Below are positions 30,268 to 39,931 of a stretch of DNA of 64,000 bases, piece after piece. Each line of letters opens with the position of its first letter. Positions within the stretch are counted from its first letter, which is position 1. This DNA is from an uncultured virus (IMG/VR IMGVR_UViG_3300033571_026375) (taxonomy: Duplodnaviria > Heunggongvirae > Uroviricota > Caudoviricetes), in the IMG/VR virus record IMGVR_UViG_3300033571_026375, positions 1 through 64,000 of that record; one strand, 5' to 3'. Below the pieces are notes generated by a model, which saw only the letters and a program-made list of their open reading frames with translations, was not told where the DNA came from and ran no database searches. A program made the translations under genes and the position numbers.

Positions 30268-31885
30268 AACTTTTAATTACGATTGTGGATGCTCATTCGA
30301 TATTATTCCATCAGAAAACAACCAGTTATTGGTGGAGTTTGATCCAATTAGACATAGTTTAAATCTAGACTGTTCTAAAACCTGGGACCTAATATCTGAC
30401 GGCAATACTAAAGGATGCTTTCAATTGGAGTCTAGGCTTGGACGGTCTATGGCTAAAAAACTAAAGCCTCGAAATATAGAACATCTATCTGCTTTGATCA
30501 GCATATTAAGGCCTGGGTGCTTGGAGGCAATTAGAGATGGAAAAACAGTATCTAACCACTATATAGATAAAAAAAATGGGCAAGAGTCTATCGACTATTA
30601 TCATCCGTGTCTAGAAAATATTCTTAAGACCACATACGGAGAGATGATTTATCAAGAACAAGCAATGGAAATTGCTAAATATATAGCAGGATTTGATTTA
30701 CAGGAAGCAGATAATTTGAGAAAGGCTATTGGTAAAAAAAAGCCAGAAGAAATGTCCAAACTTAAAAGTAAATTTTTACAAGGGTCCGAAAAACTGGGTT
30801 TAGTTAGCGCCTCGCAAGCAGAAGAAATATTCGGATGGATAGAAAAGAGCCAAAGATATTCTTTTAATAAAAGTCATGCTATATCTTATGCTATCAATGC
30901 TTATTTATCTGCATATACAAAAGCTCATTTCCCTAAGATTTTTTTTGCTTCTTATTTAAGGTTCGCCAAAGATAAAATAGATCCAAAAGCAGAAATTAAA
31001 GAGCTTGTGCAGAATGCCACCGAAATGGATATTCAGGTCTGTATACCTGATCTAAGAAATCTGAATAAATTATTCATACTGAAAGATAGTTGTATCTATT
31101 TTGGTTTAACGGACATTAAAGGCTTTGGAGAATCAGTATTTAATAAACTAGGTGGTCTTATCACTAATAAACATTTAGATATCAAATCCATGAAATGGGA
31201 TCAAATACTACTTCAAATATTAATAAATATTAATTCTACGTCTGCTAAAGCATTAATAAAAAGTGGAGCTTTAAATTATGACAAAAAAACTCGAACTAGT
31301 ATGCTATTCGAATATAGTATAGCTTGTGAACTAACAAAAAAAGAAATAGAATTTATAATCAGCAAAGTTGATATAGGAGAGTCTTTCTTGAGTTCTATGA
31401 AAAGCATGACCTCCCAATATAAGCTTACAGAAAAAAGAAAACAAATTATTTATAGTTTAATAGACAATTTAAATCGTCCTCCATATTCTATGGATGATAA
31501 CGCTGAATGGATATCGGATATAGAGGAGGAGGTGCTAGGTTGTAGTGTCACCTGTTCAAAAGTAGACATGTATGATATCAGTATGACTAATTGCAATTGT
31601 AAAGAATTCAAAACATTGCTAATGAAAGAAAATATCATTCTATGTGGAGAAATAGATAACATAGGAATTACAAAAACAAAAACAGGAAAGACCCCAGGCT
31701 CAGAAATGGCTTTCGTAACCCTATCCGATAGTTATGGATCAATAGATAGTGTCATTTTTTTCCCTGATACTTATAAACAGTATAGAAATATATTATTCGA
31801 AAATAATGTAATTATTATTAAGGGTAAAAAAAATAATACTGGAGATAGTTTCATAGTGGAGAAGGCTTATATTCCAAAAACTTGA
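30260..31885 (+). CDS. dnaE: DNA polymerase III alpha, C-terminal part (fingers, HhH, OB fold)
   Basis: GCFQLES, LRPG, IYQEQ, ADNLRKAIGKK, YSFNKSHA.SY, IKGFG, MAFVTLSD; likely start ATG 30260. Confidence 0.95.
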   Translation: MPKTFNYDCGCSFDIIPSENNQLLVEFDPIRHSLNLDCSKTWDLISDGNTKGCFQLESRLGRSMAKKLKPRNIEHLSALISILRPGCLEAIRDGKTVSNHYIDKKNGQESIDYYHPCLENILKTTYGEMIYQEQAMEIAKYIAGFDLQEADNLRKAIGKKKPEEMSKLKSKFLQGSEKLGLVSASQAEEIFGWIEKSQRYSFNKSHAISYAINAYLSAYTKAHFPKIFFASYLRFAKDKIDPKAEIKELVQNATEMDIQVCIPDLRNLNKLFILKDSCIYFGLTDIKGFGESVFNKLGGLITNKHLDIKSMKWDQILLQILININSTSAKALIKSGALNYDKKTRTSMLFEYSIACELTKKEIEFIISKVDIGESFLSSMKSMTSQYKLTEKRKQIIYSLIDNLNRPPYSMDDNAEWISDIEEEVLGCSVTCSKVDMYDISMTNCNCKEFKTLLMKENIILCGEIDNIGITKTKTGKTPGSEMAFVTLSDSYGSIDSVIFFPDTYKQYRNILFENNVIIIKGKKNNTGDSFIVEKAYIPKT

Positions 31886-31909
31886 CCGTGAGTCGGCCAT
31901 TTCTATAAT
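31882..31909 (+). promoter_or_regulatory. sigma70-type promoter of ssb
   Basis: TTGACC-N16-TATAAT, followed by AAGGAG RBS. Confidence 0.75.
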
Positions 31910-31951
31910 AAACGTTGGTTTTGGTTTTATTTAATTTTCAAGGAGATATTT

Positions 31952-32320
31952 ATGAATATCAATATGTTACGAGGTAATTTAGCAAGAGATCCAGAGTTAA
32001 GGAGTGTATCAACCAATGGTAAAACAACATCGGTTGTAAATTTTACTATTGCTGTGTCTCGTGAATACACAAAGTCTAACGGAGACAAGGATAAGATTAC
32101 CACATTTGTTCCTTGTGAGGCGTGGGATTCTGGGGCAGAAATTATAGGGAAGTCCTTCAAGAAGGGGGATCTCGTAATGATTGAAGGATCACTTAGAAAT
32201 GATTCTTGGGAGAAGGATGGAGTGAAGCATAATTCACTCAAGGTAAGAGTAAATAATTTTTCGAAGATTGCTAGACTATCTAGCGCCAAGACAGAAGAAG
32301 CTCAACCTGTAGCCTTCTAA
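31952..32320 (+). CDS. ssb: single-stranded DNA-binding protein
   Basis: GNLARDPELR, FTIAV, KGDLVMIEGSL; short tail ending PVAF. Confidence 0.95.
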   Translation: MNINMLRGNLARDPELRSVSTNGKTTSVVNFTIAVSREYTKSNGDKDKITTFVPCEAWDSGAEIIGKSFKKGDLVMIEGSLRNDSWEKDGVKHNSLKVRVNNFSKIARLSSAKTEEAQPVAF

Positions 32321-32346
32321 GTAAGATTTCGGTGGCTAACCTTAGG

Positions 32347-32382
32347 AATGTATAAGATTCTCTTCGGAGAATCTTATGCATT
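32347..32382 (+). terminator. stable C(UUCG)G hairpin after ssb (terminator or processing/stabilising stem)
   Basis: AATGTATAAGATTCTC-TTCG-GAGAATCTTATGCATT: 16-bp stem with one G-U pair; no clean U tract. Confidence 0.7.
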
Positions 32383-32416
32383 ACCTTATTACTCTATTTT
32401 ACTAGATAAGATATAA

Positions 32417-34096
32417 ATGTCAAATAAAAAACTCAAAGTTCTGATGGTATCAGAGGCTAGCTTTCTTAGTTCTGGTTTTGGTACATATGCCAAAGAAATA
32501 TTATCTCGTCTACATGCCTCTCAAAAATATGAAATTGCAGAATTTGCCTGCTATGGAAAAGTCAATGATCCCAAAGATTCGGAAATCAAATGGAAGTATT
32601 ATGCCAATGCTGTAGACGGTGGAGATCCAAGAAGCCAAGAATATAATAGCTCTATGGAGAATCAATTCGGAAGATGGAGATTTGAACGCGTTTTGTTAGA
32701 TTTTCAGCCGGATGTGGTCGTAGATGTAAGAGACTATTGGATGAATTCTTATCAGCAATTTACTCCATATAGACCTTATTTTCACTGGATCTTAATGCCA
32801 ACCGTAGACTCCGCTCCACAACAAGATGATTGGATAGATACGTTCTGTCATGCAGATGCGGTATTTACGTACTCAGATTTCGGCAGAGATACTCTAAAGG
32901 AACAGAGTAATGGAGCCATAAAATATGTAGACACCACATCTCCGGGTGTCAATCTAGACGTATTTCAATATTATTCGGACAATCAAAGAAGCCAATTAAA
33001 ACAAGCGTTTGGTCTCGATCCGGATGCTTTCATTATCGGTTCGGTGATGAGAAATCAAAAGAGAAAATTGATACCAGAATTATTTTCAGCTGTTAGAAAC
33101 TTTATAGACAAACTCAAAACAGATAACAACCCGGCAGCTGAAAAAGTATATTTATATCTGCATACCAGTTACCCTGATGCTGGATGGGACCTTCCTCGCT
33201 TATTAAAAGAATATGCAATAGGAAATAGGGTGCTATTCACCTATTCCTGTAAAAATTGTGGCTTTTACAAGCCATCTCTATATCAGCACCCATCTGCACA
33301 TTGTCCTAGGTGTGGACAAAAAGCTTTTTCCATGCCTAATGTTAGTAATGGCATATCTCAGCAAGATCTAAATACTATATATAATATATTTGATATTTAT
33401 GTACAATATGCTATTTGTGAAGGATTCGGAATGCCCCAGGTTGAAGCAGGAGCAGCGGGAGTTCCGATAGCATCAGTAGACTATAGCGCAATGAACGACG
33501 TTATACAAAAGTTAAAGGCATATCCTGTAAAAGTGAATCAATATTTTAAAGAACTAGAAACCAAGGCCGTAAGAGTATATCCTGATAATCAATCTTTGAT
33601 CAATATATTATATGAACACATTAATATGCCCAGTCTTATCAGAGAACAAAAGCGTTTCGAAACCAGAAAACTTACAGAAAAATATTATTGTTGGGATATT
33701 ATTGCTAAAAAATGGGAAAAATACTTAGATAATTTGAACCTAACAGGACTACAAGGAAAATGGGATATAGTATTACCTAAAATTCCTAATATAGAATCGA
33801 AAGATATTGTGTCCAATGACACCCCACACAATGCCATTATGAAAATAGTATCTCAAAAACTATCGAACCACCAAATCACCTCTTCTATGATCTTATTAAA
33901 TATGATCAGTGACTTAACATACGGCTTTATTATAAATGGACTTCAAACCCAACCCTATAATATTGATCAATCAGTATCTACAATAAATAATCTTATATCT
34001 AATCATAATATGGCTATGGAAGCACTAGCTAACAAAGATAGGTTGGGACGAGAAGATTTTATAGACTATGCCATAATGAAGGACTCTGTGAAATGA
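32417..34096 (+). CDS. GT4-family glycosyltransferase with zinc-ribbon insertion
   Basis: SGFG, MRNQKRK, CKNC...CPRC, EGFGMPQVEAGAAGVP. Confidence 0.88.
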   Translation: MSNKKLKVLMVSEASFLSSGFGTYAKEILSRLHASQKYEIAEFACYGKVNDPKDSEIKWKYYANAVDGGDPRSQEYNSSMENQFGRWRFERVLLDFQPDVVVDVRDYWMNSYQQFTPYRPYFHWILMPTVDSAPQQDDWIDTFCHADAVFTYSDFGRDTLKEQSNGAIKYVDTTSPGVNLDVFQYYSDNQRSQLKQAFGLDPDAFIIGSVMRNQKRKLIPELFSAVRNFIDKLKTDNNPAAEKVYLYLHTSYPDAGWDLPRLLKEYAIGNRVLFTYSCKNCGFYKPSLYQHPSAHCPRCGQKAFSMPNVSNGISQQDLNTIYNIFDIYVQYAICEGFGMPQVEAGAAGVPIASVDYSAMNDVIQKLKAYPVKVNQYFKELETKAVRVYPDNQSLINILYEHINMPSLIREQKRFETRKLTEKYYCWDIIAKKWEKYLDNLNLTGLQGKWDIVLPKIPNIESKDIVSNDTPHNAIMKIVSQKLSNHQITSSMILLNMISDLTYGFIINGLQTQPYNIDQSVSTINNLISNHNMAMEALANKDRLGREDFIDYAIMKDSVK

Positions 34097-35226
34097 ATGC
34101 ACTATTTATAGGCCCATATCGGCAAAATGATGACTGGGGCTTTGCATCGATAGATTATATACGAGCACTACTTAGTAATCCTGATATTAAATTAACAACT
34201 AGACCTTATTATTATATTAATAATGTCAATACTAGTATATCTCCAAATATATTAGAGTGCGAAAATACAGCATATAATGAATATGATATAATTATACAGA
34301 AATTATTGCCTCATTCTTTATATACATCAAATAAAGGATCGTCTCCTAGAAATTATGGTATTATTAATGTAGAGACAGGAGGATGGATAAATACAAGAGC
34401 TGTTATTATCTTAAATAAACTAGATGGTATTTTTGTCACCACAACATATGAAAAAAAATGGCTGGAACAATCCGGAGTTACTACTTCAGTATATGTAGTA
34501 CCTAGACCTGTAGATGTGGATTTTATAATAGCAAATAGTACAAATAAAATACAATTACCGTCTTGTATAGATCATACATTTAAATTTTATTGTTATGCGG
34601 ATTATTCTGATAGGCCTCACCTAGATATTATCATTAGGGCTTTTAATATAGCTTTTACAGAAACAGATAGGGTCAGCCTAATTATTAAAACATCTAATAC
34701 AGATAAAGGCCCATCAGATCTTAGAAATCGCATACAAAATGATATATCCAAAATTAAAGAGCAATTAGAAATCAATAAAACCTATAAAAATGAGCTAATT
34801 ATTACAGAATATTTTGATGAAAAAAATATGATAGGATTGCATAACGCTGCGGATTGTTTTATCAGTATAGCATCTGGTAATAATTTTTGTAAACAAACAT
34901 TAATTGCAAGATCGCTTGGTAAAACTCCTATAGTGATGGATAATACCGGTCTCTGTGATTTCGTAGATAATACATCAGGATTTGTGATCAAATCCGAGAA
35001 AGTACCAGTCATCATGACTAAAAAACCATTGCCATCAGAATATGAAATTTTTTCTGCTGACAGATTTTGGTATACTCCAAAAATTTATAGTTTAGTAGAA
35101 ACAATGAAAAAAGCTTTCGATATGTATAAAAATAATCATAAGAATTATACAAATAAAAGTTTAAACGCAGAACAAGTACTTCATAATTATTCGTACGCTA
35201 AGATAGGTAAAAAATTATGCATCTAA
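34093..35226 (+). CDS. GT4-like glycosyltransferase, divergent
   Basis: LHNAADCFIS...GKTPIV...TG; the usual EGF...E is replaced by GNNFCKQT. Confidence 0.7.
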   Translation: MNALFIGPYRQNDDWGFASIDYIRALLSNPDIKLTTRPYYYINNVNTSISPNILECENTAYNEYDIIIQKLLPHSLYTSNKGSSPRNYGIINVETGGWINTRAVIILNKLDGIFVTTTYEKKWLEQSGVTTSVYVVPRPVDVDFIIANSTNKIQLPSCIDHTFKFYCYADYSDRPHLDIIIRAFNIAFTETDRVSLIIKTSNTDKGPSDLRNRIQNDISKIKEQLEINKTYKNELIITEYFDEKNMIGLHNAADCFISIASGNNFCKQTLIARSLGKTPIVMDNTGLCDFVDNTSGFVIKSEKVPVIMTKKPLPSEYEIFSADRFWYTPKIYSLVETMKKAFDMYKNNHKNYTNKSLNAEQVLHNYSYAKIGKKLCI

Positions 35227-36107
35227 GCTATATAGCAGAAAATCTTATTGTCAACACCCTTGATGCACAATCAAAGTCTTGTCGTATCCTATATGAGCCA
35301 CATAATAGTATTTTAGATAATATCCTAATGTCTTCTGTTGAAGATCAATTCTATGTTGTAGAAGATGCCGCAAAATTAAAATTATATGATCGTCTTTTTC
35401 AGATTCCTGCTAGATGCGCCACTATGTATAATTATAGCTTATTCATGAATTTTTCATTAGAGAAATATATTAATACAAGTTATGTCCCGTTTATATATCA
35501 TATTCCATCTGTGGTATTTATAGATAAGGTATATGAATACAAGAAAGAAGACAGGTATCTAATAAACGAAAAAACTAAAGATATTACAAAAATTTTCCTA
35601 TCAGAGCACTCCTATGATGCATTAGGTAGGCCAGATAAATCTTTTGTGATAGATATAGGAATGCCCCTAGTGCAGACAGACCAACCATACATAAAAACAA
35701 AAAATATAGCTATTATAAATAGTAGTATCATAGCGCAACAAATTCATCATATTGTGTCATCCACCGCTGGATTAGCTTGTGATCTGATAGAGATAAACGA
35801 CATTGATATTGTTAAAAACTACAAATTTTGTATAGATATTTCTAGTAACTATAGATACAATTTATTGTATGCATTATCTGCTGGATGTATACCGATAACA
35901 CTGAAACAAAATCCAGCTTTTACATCTTATATATATCATGTGAATACTCCGGAAGAAATAATTACTATTATCAACACTGCATCCGATACAACTCTGAATA
36001 CTACGAATATTAATGAATACTTAGCTATAAATCATAATTATAGTAAATTTGCTAAATCAATCAATGAAATTGTATGTAATGTTAAAAGAGAGGTATATAT
36101 CAAATAA
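35217..36107 (+). CDS. divergent GT-B-like protein
   Basis: LLYALSAGCIPIT resembles LEAMxxGxPVI; operon context. Confidence 0.5.
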   Translation: MHLSYIAENLIVNTLDAQSKSCRILYEPHNSILDNILMSSVEDQFYVVEDAAKLKLYDRLFQIPARCATMYNYSLFMNFSLEKYINTSYVPFIYHIPSVVFIDKVYEYKKEDRYLINEKTKDITKIFLSEHSYDALGRPDKSFVIDIGMPLVQTDQPYIKTKNIAIINSSIIAQQIHHIVSSTAGLACDLIEINDIDIVKNYKFCIDISSNYRYNLLYALSAGCIPITLKQNPAFTSYIYHVNTPEEIITIINTASDTTLNTTNINEYLAINHNYSKFAKSINEIVCNVKREVYIK

Positions 36108-36520
36108 TGAATGCTATTAATTTTACTATGGGCGACAGCGAAACTATTTCAGGATATACGAATATAGATATTAATACAGGACTATCTTCTGTAGTTAATG
36201 GTTCCACAAAAAATATTCTATGTGAATGTCTCGATAGAATACCAATACAAGCTAGAAATATGGCATTGCAACAAATAACAAATAAACTGGCTTTTGACGG
36301 AGAAGCCATATTTAAGTTTTTAAATGCCACTGTATTAGCGGAACGGATTATAAAAAACGAATTAGATTGTATCAAGGTCTCATCAATCATATCTAATATA
36401 GTTTCGATATGGACAGAATACTATATTCTAGAAATTTTTAATAGTATTCCAAATATTATAGTAAAAAAGACCTATATAGATAATATTTATTCTGTTATTA
36501 CAATTACTAAAAAAATATGA
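36107..36520 (+). CDS. degenerate class I SAM-methyltransferase-like protein
   Basis: GYTNIDI, NGSTKNIL..CLDRI, KLAFDGEAIF echo GYINID/NSVDEI..LEH/LKPGG; GxG motif lost. Confidence 0.5.
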   Translation: MNAINFTMGDSETISGYTNIDINTGLSSVVNGSTKNILCECLDRIPIQARNMALQQITNKLAFDGEAIFKFLNATVLAERIIKNELDCIKVSSIISNIVSIWTEYYILEIFNSIPNIIVKKTYIDNIYSVITITKKI

Positions 36521-37203
36521 AACAAATATCTTATTGTATTTTTTCATATCAAATTACTAAAGGAATGAAATCTTACGGTTCTTTGAGCCTACTAAAACAC
36601 AATAACGGCAAAGAACTCATATTACAGCTGATAGGTGCTTTACAGCATAAAACTAAGCATAGAAATTTATATGTTGTTTTGGGATTTGATGAAGATAAAA
36701 TTAAAAAAAGATTTATAGAGAATAGTATCCGGTGCGATTATTTATCTAACAATAAGTATGATATTTTTGCTAATGGATATGCATTTAAAATAACATTAGA
36801 TAGTATAATAAAAGATATAGACAATATTGACGGGGTATTGTTTGTAAATAATAATTTGTTAATAAAAAATTTACCAAAATATCCTACTAATACATCTTGG
36901 ATTATGACACAAAAGGTACGACACAAAAAAAACAAATCATATACTGGTTGCAGAGGCAACAATTGTTTGGAATATCTATTTTATGATATTGGAGATAATG
37001 AATGGACAGGAATATTTTTTTTGACTTCACAGGATCTAAGAACAATTTATAATAATAAAGATTTATATTACGATAATATGTTTGATTTTGAAATTATAAA
37101 CACCGCTATAGAAAAACAAAATATATCATTTGACATTATTCATTGCGATCATAAAGATATCATCACCATTAACGGTATAAAGGATAAGGCTAAATTAAAA
37201 TAA
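36517..37203 (+). CDS. degenerate sugar/choline-phosphate nucleotidyltransferase (GT-A fold)-like protein
   Basis: GMKSYGSLSLL, YVVLGF, NNKY, EWTGIFF; AAGxGxR, PK and GD motifs lost. Confidence 0.55.
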   Translation: MKQISYCIFSYQITKGMKSYGSLSLLKHNNGKELILQLIGALQHKTKHRNLYVVLGFDEDKIKKRFIENSIRCDYLSNNKYDIFANGYAFKITLDSIIKDIDNIDGVLFVNNNLLIKNLPKYPTNTSWIMTQKVRHKKNKSYTGCRGNNCLEYLFYDIGDNEWTGIFFLTSQDLRTIYNNKDLYYDNMFDFEIINTAIEKQNISFDIIHCDHKDIITINGIKDKAKLK

Positions 37204-37204
37204 T

Positions 37205-37984
37205 ATGACTAAAATTATAGCACATATGGGGGGATCTAGATTGTATAGATCTATTATTCGCCATCTCAAAAAACAAACAGATTGCCTAGTAGCTCAGATG
37301 CATGATCATTTATATGATACTATATATACGACAAAAGCAAATATTGTTATATATCCTATAAGTGAATATACCCAAGAAGCACATAATTATATTACAGATC
37401 GGGATCATAAAAACGTGTCCTTTGTACTCTATATAGACAGAGAGGTAGAACAAAAAGAGCTATTAGATTTTTTAACAAAGAATACGACGACAAAATATAT
37501 TTCATCTAATAATTTTAGCTACAATTTTACACCAGATAAATCTATAATACATCAGCATATTTATGATAATCATATTTATTCTAAGTTAGATCCAATAGAA
37601 TCCAGAAATAATAAAGTAGTGGTATTGCTGTCTAGTGACGATGATAAAAATCATAGGTATTTGGCTGGTCAGTTATTACCCAATAAAAATAAATATCCTA
37701 TAGTATTATTAAACAATCCTAATTTTAAACACGATCAAAATATTGGGGTGTGTAATGAAATAGATCTGAATTTCATACTCAATAAGTACAGTTATTTGGT
37801 TGATCTAGATAAAGAATTCTTAATCGAGGCACAAATTTGTAGTATGCCTACAGTTGATATCTCGTTCTCTATTCAAGACAGCATAGATCAAATGAAATTT
37901 ATTCCTGTTATAGATAATATGACAGACTGTGAGACGTTTGTCAAAAATCAAATGGTTCCATTTTTAGAAGGCTCATCCCTATGA
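37205..37984 (+). CDS. divergent GT-B-like hypothetical protein
   Basis: LNFILNKYSYLV...IEAQICSMP. Confidence 0.45.
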   Translation: MTKIIAHMGGSRLYRSIIRHLKKQTDCLVAQMHDHLYDTIYTTKANIVIYPISEYTQEAHNYITDRDHKNVSFVLYIDREVEQKELLDFLTKNTTTKYISSNNFSYNFTPDKSIIHQHIYDNHIYSKLDPIESRNNKVVVLLSSDDDKNHRYLAGQLLPNKNKYPIVLLNNPNFKHDQNIGVCNEIDLNFILNKYSYLVDLDKEFLIEAQICSMPTVDISFSIQDSIDQMKFIPVIDNMTDCETFVKNQMVPFLEGSSL

Positions 37985-38448
37985 ATATTGCATTTTATTT
38001 ACTCGATATTGAGCAAAATAATATTCGGCATCAAGAAATATTAAAAACTATCAATAATTTGTGCTCACTAAGACCATATGATAATATCGTGTTATTTAAT
38101 AACAATTTTAATACTATAGATAGTAATCAAAAATATTACCTATTACCAATTAATCATGCAAAATATTTTAGAGGACTTTTATTTTTATTTGATACAGAAC
38201 ATGCGTTGTTAACCAAAACTTTTCCAGGGCCGGATAAACAGTTTATTTGCATGGACAAACCAACATGGGCAGAGAATACTAATATTCCGTTTAGCGTATG
38301 GTATTCTGTGTATATGGATCACAAATTCGAATTACTGGTTGATTCTGAATATTTATATGACTTGGTTGATACATGCTGGAAAAAACCATTTAATAAATCA
38401 TTTAACCTTACTGCAGAAAATATAGACAATGTTATACGACAACTATAA
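37981..38448 (+). CDS. hypothetical protein (GT-B N-domain-like)
   Basis: MNIAFY start; LLVDSEYL..LV...WKKP. Confidence 0.5.
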   Translation: MNIAFYLLDIEQNNIRHQEILKTINNLCSLRPYDNIVLFNNNFNTIDSNQKYYLLPINHAKYFRGLLFLFDTEHALLTKTFPGPDKQFICMDKPTWAENTNIPFSVWYSVYMDHKFELLVDSEYLYDLVDTCWKKPFNKSFNLTAENIDNVIRQL

Positions 38449-39214
38449 TAACGACAAAGAGAAGGCAAGTATTATACACGAGATGTATGTTGTTAAGCGT
38501 ATGAGCTTTTATGATATAGCCAATGAATTAGGCACATATGCCAATAGAATAAGAAGAGATGCTAAAAAATTTAATATACCTATTAGAGATAAGAGTTCAG
38601 CCCAAAAAAATGCTTTGACAACAGGCAAGCATAGTCATCCTACAAAAGGTAAACAAAGACCAAATGACACAAAAACAAAAATCGGCAAAGGAGTAATGGA
38701 AAATTGGGAGAATCTATCGGAAAAAGAAAAACAAAAAAGAAAAATTGTATCTAAGCAATTATGGGAAAATCTAAGCGATGATGAAAAAGAAGCCAGGCTC
38801 AAAGCTGCAAATATAGCAGTTCGAAAAACAAGCAAAGTAGGATCAAAATTAGAACACTTCCTATTAGAAAATCTTACTCAAGACGGATACAAAGTAGAAT
38901 TTCATAAAGAACAAAACTTATCAAATACAAAGTTGCAGATTGACCTGTATCTACCTACTATGAGTATAGCAATCGAGGTTGATGGTCCTTCTCATTTTGA
39001 GCCAGTTTGGGGCGATGATTCTTTGCAAAAAAATAAAAAATCTGATAAGAAAAAATCGGGCCTTATTATAGGAAAAGGGCTGAAGTTGATCAGGCTCAGA
39101 CAAACCCATGATTTCTCAAAAACCAGAGCAAATCTATTATACGAAAAGCTACAACAAATTATTAAAGATAAAACTAGTTTTGATAATACAAAAATTATAA
39201 CTATAGAGGATTAA
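38429..39214 (+). CDS. HTH + basic linker + Vsr/DUF559-like endonuclease domain protein
   Basis: SFYDIANELGTY..RIRR, HPTKGKQRP..TK.KI, IDLYLP..IAIEVDGPSH. Confidence 0.75.
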   Translation: MLYDNYNNDKEKASIIHEMYVVKRMSFYDIANELGTYANRIRRDAKKFNIPIRDKSSAQKNALTTGKHSHPTKGKQRPNDTKTKIGKGVMENWENLSEKEKQKRKIVSKQLWENLSDDEKEARLKAANIAVRKTSKVGSKLEHFLLENLTQDGYKVEFHKEQNLSNTKLQIDLYLPTMSIAIEVDGPSHFEPVWGDDSLQKNKKSDKKKSGLIIGKGLKLIRLRQTHDFSKTRANLLYEKLQQIIKDKTSFDNTKIITIED

Positions 39215-39216
39215 AT

Positions 39217-39930
39217 ATGGCCAAAGTTACCAGCTCTCAGGACACCGAAACAGAAAAGCAGACAACTGTATCATCCAATGATCCCGGATGGACAGACTAT
39301 GTTCTCGGATTATTGTCCGATGATGAAAAAATTAACGGTAATCCGACAACAGATGGTTTGCGTCGAATTTTTGAAATAGCTTTGGATTGTGTGGTAATTA
39401 GTGCTGAAAGTGATGTGGTTCAAACTCCTGACCCATCTAATGAAAAAAGAGCCACTGTCGTACACACCATAGCGTACGTTATAAAAAATCTTCCAAAGAC
39501 ACAGGAAGACTTTAAATACAGGTCTGTCAGCGGCTCTGCGGACGTTTACTGGGGTAATTGTGACAAGATCTTTAGAAATCATCCGGTGGCCGTAGCCGAA
39601 ACCAGAGCAGAGGGACGAGCCCTAAGAAGGGCCTTAAAGCTACGAAAAGTGGTTGCGGCAGAAGAAATAGCCGAGAATATAGAAGATAATGTAGATGGAT
39701 TAACCGCTTCAAAGATTAGTATCAATCAAATCAATTTTATTGATGTATTAGCTAAGAGGCTCAATATTGATGTAGTAGGCTTATTTTCTTCTCTTGACAT
39801 ATCGTATGACACAATATATAATATGAGTCATGATGATGCCGTATCATCTATTAGAGCTTTAAACCAGTATCAACAAAATTTAGCTTCTATACCGAGTAAG
39901 ATTGCTGGTTATAACAGTAACTGGAAATAA
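39217..39930 (+). CDS. putative single-strand annealing protein-like (Rad52/Sak/ERF-type)
   Basis: SGSAD...AVAETRAEGRALRRAL...AAEE pattern plus small C-terminal helical domain. Confidence 0.5.
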   Translation: MAKVTSSQDTETEKQTTVSSNDPGWTDYVLGLLSDDEKINGNPTTDGLRRIFEIALDCVVISAESDVVQTPDPSNEKRATVVHTIAYVIKNLPKTQEDFKYRSVSGSADVYWGNCDKIFRNHPVAVAETRAEGRALRRALKLRKVVAAEEIAENIEDNVDGLTASKISINQINFIDVLAKRLNIDVVGLFSSLDISYDTIYNMSHDDAVSSIRALNQYQQNLASIPSKIAGYNSNWK

Positions 39931-39931
39931 T

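Noticed and set aside
38940..38970. TTGACC inside the nuclease gene as a promoter
   Set aside because: No acceptable -10 box at 16-18 nt spacing.
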